A stretch of DNA of 60,849 bases, counting the filler, from Dugesia japonica (taxonomy: Eukaryota), in assembly GCA_001938525.1 (NCBI GenBank). It is 5 parts of 5 records of this genome, joined end to end, with 100 filler letters (N's around TTAATTAATTAA, not from the genome) between each part and the next. Parts side by side here need not be neighbours in the genome. Positions count along the whole stretch, not along the records: positions 49,955 to 60,849 come from MQRL01622172.1; 4 more parts are not named here. One strand, 5' to 3'. The translations under genes were made by a program, and so were the position numbers. Below are positions 53,591 to 60,849 of this stretch, one piece after another; the stretch's first letter is position 1; each line of letters begins with the position of its first letter. The notes beneath the pieces are model-generated. The model made no database searches. It was given only the letters and a program-made list of their open reading frames with translations, and was not told the DNA's origin.

Positions 53591-53935
53591 GAATGGAGTC
53601 TATCTGGGAGAGTCGTCGATAGGAGAACTCGTCGAATAATCTTTCGAAGACACCACAACCCGCACAATCGGGAAGCAGGCATCTTGGCCGACAGGTCTAA
53701 TTTGCCTCCGGTAGAGTCTATAATATCTCGTATAAGAGATTTTGGGGAAAGACAGTAGTACAAAAACTGGACAGGACCTGCGACCTCCTTCCACTACCAA
53801 GCTCCACCTCCACTTCCAGCTCCTGCGGTACAAGCTTTTATAACTAACCTACTCTGGGGAGTTAGGGAACTAACAGGGGTGACGGACATTGAAAACACCG
53901 CCCCTAGTGTTAACAATAATGTGAATTCCCAATGA
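53591..53935 (+). pseudogene. Cassette A ORF2 (frameshift near the start and an internal TAG)
   Basis: ttattag|GA ATG GAG TCT ATC TGG. Aligns with intact 56764-57117 (DRRTRR, HNPHNR, ILADRLN, QAFIxNLLWG). Confidence 0.75.
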
Positions 53936-54090
53936 TGTTTGTCTTGTGGTTACAAAATAAATTAATAGGTGTCTTAATTATTGTCAGTCTATGTTATGTT
54001 TACATATGTTTGATAAGCTAAAATTTCGTTGATTAAAGAGTATCCTACTAGGCTTAGTAGTAATCAGATTTTAAAAAAATAATATTTTAG

Positions 54091-54449
54091 TGCAATCCTC
54101 CCTGAAAAAATCCCAGGCTCCACATAAAAAGCTACGTGAAACAAGTGAAGACCTGGAACTCACATGGGATCTTTATAGACTAGCTAAAAGGCGATGGGAA
54201 GCGGAGACCGCCGTGGCCGAGTCTAAGGTGAGACGCTATAAGCTGAAATGTCTAACCTTTAAAGCAGAGATGGCGGCCACCCAGAATCAAGAGAGCGTGT
54301 GGAAGTCCCAAGTCGAAACTTTTGCCACGATTATCATATCTTACCAAGAGCGTGAGAATCAGCTCTTCGATAATATATTGAAGTTACGGGCCGCTATTCC
54401 TTTAGCCCCCCTCTTGATCGATAAAGGTACTCAGACTAACCGCTCCTGA
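54091..54449 (+). CDS. Cassette A ORF3: coiled-coil protein with C-terminal KGTQT
   Basis: Acceptor attttag|TG with no ATG at the 5' end of the exon; homologous to 57360-57718. Confidence 0.72.
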
Positions 54450-54565
54450 GTTAACATATCTACTATTTTGTTGCTTTTAATAAATTATTTTATTTGTATC
54501 TTTTCTAATTTGTTTCTCCAATTTCAAACTTGATACTCGCCAACTTAACTATAATTTTTATTTAG

Positions 54566-54945
54566 TGACTCGAATTAATTTCCCCAACAGCATCCGAAGG
54601 TGCCATCGTATTATGCGACGTCTTCTTATTGAGAGACACCTAAAACATAAGGCGGATAGGGCCATATTAAAACATTTAGACCAACGAGATCAACTTATAA
54701 AAAGATTGGATTTGGTAATACATAAACAAAATGACTTAGCAATCCAAACCAAAGCCCTAGAGGCAGAGAACAAGAAGTTACTGTTGAGAAAAATAGATTT
54801 CTTAAAACAGTATATCGCGGATCTTTCCCGACAAATTGGGAATCCAGCTTGGATTCACTGGAATGACGACAATGTCACCGCTTTCAACTTTACAATGGAC
54901 GAACCAGACCAATGGCTAGATCCTAGCGTATTAAACGACCTATGA
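54566..54945 (+). CDS. Cassette A ORF4: basic region, coiled coil and acidic/aromatic tail
   Basis: Acceptor tttatttag|TG; homologous to 57850-58055. Confidence 0.72.
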
Positions 54946-55008
54946 ATGTTATGTTAGTAAATATTCCGAGAAACATTGGTTTAACTTTTTGTGAAAAATA
55001 AGGGAAAA

Positions 55009-55188
55009 TATTGAACCCGAATGCAAAGGTTTGTGGGCGCGCACCTCCTATTAAGAGTGAGGTCAACCAACATGAACTGAATACCTACCCTAGAGGCAGT
55101 AGGTTAAATTCTTGAACGGGTTCCCCTGAGGGCTGTTTTTACCTCAGCCGCAATTTGATTACCCTCCAACTCAGGTGGAACCCCAACA
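55009..55188 (+). mobile_element. Putative 3' LTR (180 bp) preceded by a polypurine tract
   Basis: AAGGGAAAA followed by TATTGAACCC...GGAACCCCAACA. Homologous copies at 58113-58246 and from 60702 (minus strand). Confidence 0.7.
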
Positions 55189-55759
55189 AGTTTATTATAT
55201 TGAACCACGTCAAGTTCATAATTATCATCGCTCAATCGAGAATGTAATTCAATACCGGTGTGTCATGCAGCGTGTTTAGACGATTTGGACACTGGTAGTA
55301 TCTGAGCATGTGTGTATCACCTGATCGATGAACGAAAATATCCAGGTAACCAAGCAACTATGTTGCGCGGTAATTTAAACCTCGGATTTCACTTAATTTA
55401 ATAGAAATGTGATTAAATAAGTTTTTTCATTAAGTATCAGTTTGAGGGGTGAAAACATTCAAAAATCATTATTATAACATCACAAGTTTAATAAATTTTA
55501 CGGAATACGATTACTTCGGTTAATAAGTATATTGTTAATACTATTATTAGTATTATTGGCTTTCTTAACATTGTTCCTGTTCATAGTATTTTAATTAGTA
55601 CTATTCAAACCTAGTTATTATTTATTATTATTATTATTTATTATCCCTCTTATTGGTAGGGGTATTATTATTAATTTGACTATTAGTGTTACTATATCTA
55701 TAGTTAGGTTGATTATTATTATTATTATCATTATCCTTATTACCCTTGGTATTGTTGTT

Positions 55760-55765
55760 ACCATG

Positions 55766-55805
<40 letters not shown>

Positions 55806-55956
55806 NNNNNNNNNNNNNNNNNNNNNNNNNNNNNNNNNNNNNNNNNNNNNNNNNNNNNNNNNNNNNNNNNNNNNNNNNNNNNNNNNNNNNNNNNNNNNNN
55901 NNNNNNNNNNNNNNNNNNNNNNNNNNNNNNNNNNNNNNNNNNNNNNNNNNNNNNNN

Positions 55957-56014
<58 letters not shown>

Positions 56015-56110
56015 GTTATTATCATTATTACTATTATCAATGTTATTGTTATTATCATCATTCTTATTATATGATTGTTATTATTATTATTATCATTAAT
56101 TATATCGTTA
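55760..56110. repeat. (ATT)n microsatellite inside cassette copy B
   Basis: Direct reading; includes an N gap. Confidence 0.9.
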
Positions 56111-56412
56111 ATATCATTATTACTGTTGTTGTTGTCATTATTATTGTCAGTATGATCACCGAAATTCATAGATCATTATCCCTCATAAGAAAACAAAGTA
56201 TTTGGTTGTCCTTACCATCGTTACGACGAGTGTTATAAATACTATTAAAATCCCAATAGCGACCATTAAGTCTAAGCTAAAACTATTTAGTAAACCAATA
56301 TCGCAGTATGGGAATGAGCCGTTATATTGATAATATTCGGCTCTAATGTTAAAATTGTTCTGTAGGAGTCTGAACCACGAGTTATGATTTACATTTCATT
56401 TTCTCTATTTAG

Positions 56413-56609
56413 TCATTCCAGTCGAGTTGTATCACACCCTCCGATGGATAAAGAAACAGCGTCAAACCGCTCGATCGAAACAGTTAATCGCCCACCTATT
56501 AAACAAGGGAAGAATTGAACACCCGGATGAAACAGATCTTTGCTGTTTCACGGAGATGTTCCCCTTAGTGACTTTAGTGGACTTAGATGCGGAGAGCATG
56601 CCTTTCTAA
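56413..56609 (+). CDS. Cassette B ORF1
   Basis: Acceptor ctctatttag|TC ATT CCA GTC GAG... with no 5' ATG. WIKKQRQT...QLIAHLL.KGRIEHPD.TDLCC is conserved with copy A. Confidence 0.7.
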
Positions 56610-56763
56610 ACAGGAGTGTAATTCGCCCATGACCGTTAATGGGCTAAAATAAATTATTGATTCGATTAATTCTATTTGTTGTTTATTATTATTAACATTA
56701 GTTAATCAAAAAAAAAAGATGATTATAGACGATACTTTAAACCGAATTCCTGTTAATTATAGA

Positions 56764-57117
56764 ATGGACTCCATCTGGGAAAGGGTGATAGATAGAAGAA
56801 CTCGTCGACTAATCTTACGAGGATATCACAATCCACACAATCGGGACGTGGGAATTTTGGCTGACCGATTAAATTTTCCTCCGGTAGAATCTATCGTTGA
56901 ACGCATAAGAGATTTCGGCGAGCGACAACGATACCGAGCATGGACAGGCCCTGTTCGCACCCTGCCAACACTTTTCCAGTATCAGCCTACAATGCCACCC
57001 CCAGCTCCCGCAGTGCAGGCCTTTATCTCTAACTTGCTCTGGGGGATAAGAGAGCCTTCGGATAGCGAAGACTCGGAAAATACCACACCCGTACCGGATT
57101 CATCAACTCCTCCTTAG
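56764..57117 (+). CDS. Cassette B ORF2: Arg-rich N-terminus, Pro-rich middle, acidic Ser tail (117 aa)
   Basis: attatag|A ATG GAC TCC ATC TGG; intact frame, homologous to copy A ORF2. Confidence 0.72.
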   Translation: MDSIWERVIDRRTRRLILRGYHNPHNRDVGILADRLNFPPVESIVERIRDFGERQRYRAWTGPVRTLPTLFQYQPTMPPPAPAVQAFISNLLWGIREPSDSEDSENTTPVPDSSTPP

Positions 57118-57359
57118 TGATTAAGATGTGTGACCTATAACTTATCTGGATGTTATGTCCTTGTTTAAAATATATGTTCGATGTTCTGCGTAAATTTTAA
57201 GAGATTTTTTGTTTATTCCTCGTTCACAAGTCATTTTCTAGGTTTGTGAATCAATTTGGGTGGTTTAGAACTTAATAATCAAATTTGTGACTACTGTGTC
57301 GTTTTAGAAACTTAAAGTTATGAGAGTTATTGTCGAGATATATATATTTTTCTTTTTAG

Positions 57360-57718
57360 TGCATTCCTCGTCCAACCGTCCTCCCGCCCCTACTAAGAAA
57401 TTCCGAGATACCAGTGAAGAGCTCGAACTCACTTGGGATTTATATCGACTAGCCAAACGTCGATGGGAAGCTGAAGTAGCCGCGGCCAACAGTAAGGTAT
57501 TACGTTATAAGAAAAAATGCGCCCTCTTTAAAAAGGAAGCAGAAGCCTCACATTCCCAGGAGCGCCTTTAGAAGAGACAAGTAGAGTCTTTCTCGGAGAT
57601 GATCTGGTCCAGCCACGACCGAGAAAATAAACTGGTTAGCGATATTTTACTCCTTCGGGAAAAAATCCCTCTCGAGCCGTTAATGATCGAGAAGGGCACC
57701 CAGACCCCCAAAAGCTAG
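57360..57718 (+). pseudogene. Cassette B ORF3 (internal TAG at 57569 in place of TGG)
   Basis: Acceptor tctttttag|TG. Homology to copy A continues past the stop to LMIEKGTQTPKS*. Confidence 0.75.
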
Positions 57719-57849
57719 TCATTTGGAAATATTTTCTCTTTGTTAATAAACTTATTGTTCAACTTTTCTTATGGATTCCGTTATTGTTTTAATGTTTGCT
57801 TGAGATCTGTGGTCGAGCGCTGGTACATTTAACTTATCTTATTTTTCAG

Positions 57850-58055
57850 TGCCTCACATCAACTTTCCCAATAACCTCCGTAGGTGCCACCACATCATGC
57901 GCCGACTTCTGATCGAAAGACATTTGAAGCGTAAGACAAACCGGGCTCTGCTTAAGCATTTGTCTCAGAGAGACAGATTGATAAAGAGGTTAGACCTAAT
58001 CGTGAAAAAGCAGAGTGATCTCGCAGTTCAAGTGAAGGCCTTGAACGTATTGTAA
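57850..58055 (+). pseudogene. Cassette B ORF4, 3'-truncated relative to copy A
   Basis: Acceptor atttttcag|TG. INFPN..RRCH.IMRRLLIERHLK is conserved; similarity stops after KAL. Confidence 0.7.
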
Positions 58056-58112
58056 TAAACGTTTCCAGTGTAACTGAAAAAGATTTGAATGTTAGTATAA
58101 GATAAGGGAAAA

Positions 58113-58246
58113 TGATGAACCCAAATCATGAAAGGTCAAGAGGTCAACCACCATAAGTTGAAGACCTAACCTGGGGCGTTAGATTAAATTCTTGAAAGGG
58201 TACCAGCCACCATGATTTTTCACTCAACTCAGGTGGAACCCCAACA
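58113..58246 (+). mobile_element. Putative 3' LTR (internally deleted copy) preceded by a polypurine tract
   Basis: AAGGGAAAA followed by TGATGAACCC...CTCAGGTGGAACCCCAACA. Confidence 0.7.
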
Positions 58247-59699
58247 CTATTATTCAGTAATTTAATTTAATTGTAAATGTTGCGTTCTGAATCTAAACAC
58301 ACACATATAATATAACATAGCATGCAGACATACAAAGCAACATCTTTCAGAATCAATGTACGAGCCAACACAAGATCAGATCAACCAATCTCACAACCAA
58401 TCTCAAAAACCAAAGCAATAAAACAATTCTATTTTGTGAATTAATCGGAAACATTTGTTTATTCTTATTTCATTGGAAACATTCGCTTTATTTTAATCTG
58501 AGACATTTAATTGAAAACATTGTTTTATATTATTGTGAATATTTATTTTATACTTTAATTTTATTTTTATTATGAATAGTTATTTTATGGATAAAATTNN
58601 NNNNNNNNNNNNNNNNNNNNNNNNNNNNNNNNNNNNNNNNNNNNNNNNNNNNNNNNNNNNNNNNNNNNNNNNNNNNNNNNNNNNNNNNNNNNNNNNNNNN
58701 NNNNNNNNNNNNNNNNNNNNNNNNNNNNNNNNNNNNNNNGAATCCAACCTCTCTGGGCGGCATTACTAGTTCGTAATCTAATATATTGCTTCTAAGTTGT
58801 AGAGTGTTGACATTTATATTTGATATACATCAAAAATAAAGTTTTATAAAAGGTATTGCTTAATCATTTATATAAGGCATATACAATATATCACCATATT
58901 TATAAATTGTCGTAATTATCATTTATATAATATTGTATTCACATAACGAAAATACAACATTCATAAAATCAATAAAAATATTTACTAGATATAAAATAAG
59001 CGAACCATAAAATCTTTTTGTTGAGTTGTAATACCCAACATAAAAATTCTATTTTTTTCTTGACATCGACCATTTTTATTTAAGATTTTTATTCACAAAT
59101 TTTAAATACGCATAGAGCCTTAAAAACTACAATTCTGGTGTAATTTTAAACAAACTTGTTGGGCTATAACAGCTGGAAAAGAGAAATAAAGTATGATAAA
59201 TAATGAGATCGGTAATTTAAATAGCAGTACGAAAATTTTCACTTTAAATGTATGCTTGATTGATTATGATTACGATGATGATGATGATGATTATGTCTAT
59301 TTCGTCTATTAGCGGTGTGATTTACTAACATAGTAGGCACTTGTTTATAAAATAATAAATTTCTGTTATTATGTAGCTGATTAGAGAGCCTTAGAGGATC
59401 TACCTTAGTTTTACTCCATTGTTTGCACCAGGCCTACAAAAAGTTAATCCGGCACTGATTAACTAGAGGGAGCTGGTTTCCCTCTTGCATCACTTTTGTT
59501 TCTATTAATCAAGGAAGCGGAATAGCTTACTCAGATCAAATTTTATTTAGATACCGATTTCATAATTATTTAACAATATTACTGTTTAATTTTTTCCAAA
59601 CGACAAAAAATGCATCAAATTAAATCCTTTTTACTGACGTTTTATGAATGTTGTTTTAGCACTAACCGAGACTAATAACAAGAAGACTTGATAACTAAT

Positions 59700-60600
59700 T
59701 CAATAACCTATACCAAATAAATTTGTAATGATTTGGGAATAATTATGGGACATCGATGTAGAAAGAAAACACGAATGACTGGTGAAAAATGAAAGGATTT
59801 AGGATTGCCATAAAGTATTAAGTAAAGGCGAGAAAAATTTTCCTCGTTGGATAATGGGATTCAAGAAAAAACTTTGAGATTTTAACAGCTTCATGTTCTT
59901 GCTGATAAATATGCTTTTTTTTAAACCGTTGAATCTTTTAAATGAAAATTATGAGTGACGTCTAAATAAATAAATTTGACTATATTGACCAGGAGAAATT
60001 TCTCGTAGACAGAAACTGATTGCAACATTTTGTTGTTGATGCTGCTAAGCAAACTAAAACAGAAACACAGATGGAAAGTCCTTATAAAGTTTTGCAGTTT
60101 ATTCAAAATTATAGTCTCAATGTCAAATATTGTTATATTCTTGAGAATTTTCCTCATTATTGTTGCTAGTGTAGACACTTGAAAGAGGAGTTTCTCAAAA
60201 TTAAAATTACTCAAAACCTATTTAAGATCCATTATGAGTAGCTTGTGGTTAGGAAATCTTGCTATACTCTCTATAGAACACCAGCTGACAGAGAAGATAG
60301 ACTTTGACGATGTTAACGAGGATTTCGCAAACATGAAAGCAAAAAAAGTAGTATTATACCGTTAAAATGATCTTTTTGCCTTTTTGTATTTTTGCATAAA
60401 TTTATTTCCTTTTAATTTTTATTTTATTTTTACTTTAGATGTTTTTCACTAAAACAAAACATTTTTTAATGAAATATTTTTAAGAAGAAAATTGTTTTTA
60501 TAGTTTTGACTTTTTGTAAATATAAATAATATATATTTGATTGAGGGGCGTCAAATTTTAGGGACCTCCCCAGGCGGAATATACCGTCGCTACGCCACTG
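59700..60600 (+). mobile_element. hAT transposon 3' remnant with right terminus
   Basis: RSFSKLKLLKTYLRSIMS...LGNLAILSIEH...FANMKAKK dimerisation domain; terminus GCTACGCCACTG (CAGTGGCGTAGC-type TIR). Confidence 0.85.
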
Positions 60601-60701
60601 ATTTTTACGAATGACAAGCTAGCTACGAAGTCATACTATGATATCAGAAATCTACATAAATGCCAAGGTCACATTAATATTCCAAAGTCTTCTAATACAA
60701 T

Positions 60702-60849
60702 TGTTGGTGTCCCACCTGAGTTGAATGACGAAAACGATGGCTGGGGAAAAGCAGCGCTCAGGGTAACCCTTTCAAGAATTTAGATACACCGCCCCAGGGT
60801 GGATTTTCAGTTTATGGTGGTTGACTTCTCCGTTAATGGGAAGTGCGCG
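60702..60849 (-). mobile_element. Third copy of the same LTR, opposite strand, cut by the window end
   Basis: Reverse complement reads ...GTCAACCACCATAAACTGAA...AAATTCTTGAAAGGGTTACCCTGAG...CAACTCAGGTGGGACACCAACA. Confidence 0.75.

Noticed and set aside
54091-54566. Flatworm-type spliced-leader trans-splicing supplying the start codon of the cassette ORFs
   Set aside because: A leader ending in a complete AUG would need phase-0 acceptors. These are phase 1, and AUG+TGCAATCCTCCCTGA stops within five codons. Trans-splicing with another leader is not excluded.
52772-56169. Poly-Ile ORFs (52772-53050, 55618-56169, 55676-56074)
   Set aside because: Translations of (ATT)n microsatellites and N gaps; not credible proteins.
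54090-57849. GTG start codons assigned by the ORF track at 54090, 54565 and 57849
   Set aside because: The track uses bacterial alternative starts; the G is the last base of the splice acceptor AG.
53936-58070. AATAAA after several cassette ORFs as individual polyA signals
   Set aside because: The hexamer is frequent by chance at this AT content and is not seen consistently after every ORF in both copies; 3'-end data are needed.

Overview
This is AT-rich animal (eukaryotic) genomic DNA with short GT-AG introns (about 38-60 nt minimum) and heavy transposon decay, not a prokaryotic locus. It is an artificial concatenation of five contigs joined by 100-nt N44-TTAATTAATTAA-N44 spacers (17372-17471, 27435-27534, 37630-37729, 49855-49954), so adjacency across spacers is not biological. 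Host genes reconstructed by hand from splice sites: complete LAMTOR5; the 3' ten exons of a SHOC2-like LRR gene with an unusual C-terminal tail; an ankyrin-repeat gene with one repeat per exon; the 3' half of SMU1; and a two-exon disordered orphan gene. Mobile DNA includes Ty3/gypsy, Penelope-like (with minimal hammerhead ribozyme motifs), R2/NeSL-like, Polinton-type DNA polymerase and termini, Tc1/IS630, mariner, pogo, hAT and Harbinger-type remnants. The most unusual structure is at about 52300-58250. Two diverged tandem copies of a cassette of four small ORFs of unrecognised family each begin at a conserved splice acceptor and are followed by a polypurine tract and a short TG...CA LTR. This resembles a complex-retrovirus-style accessory gene region at the 3' end of an LTR element. 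The ORFs include a coiled-coil protein with a KGTQT LC8-binding motif and a bZIP-like protein with an acidic tail. The composition is reminiscent of planarian genomes, but the organism cannot be determined from the sequence.
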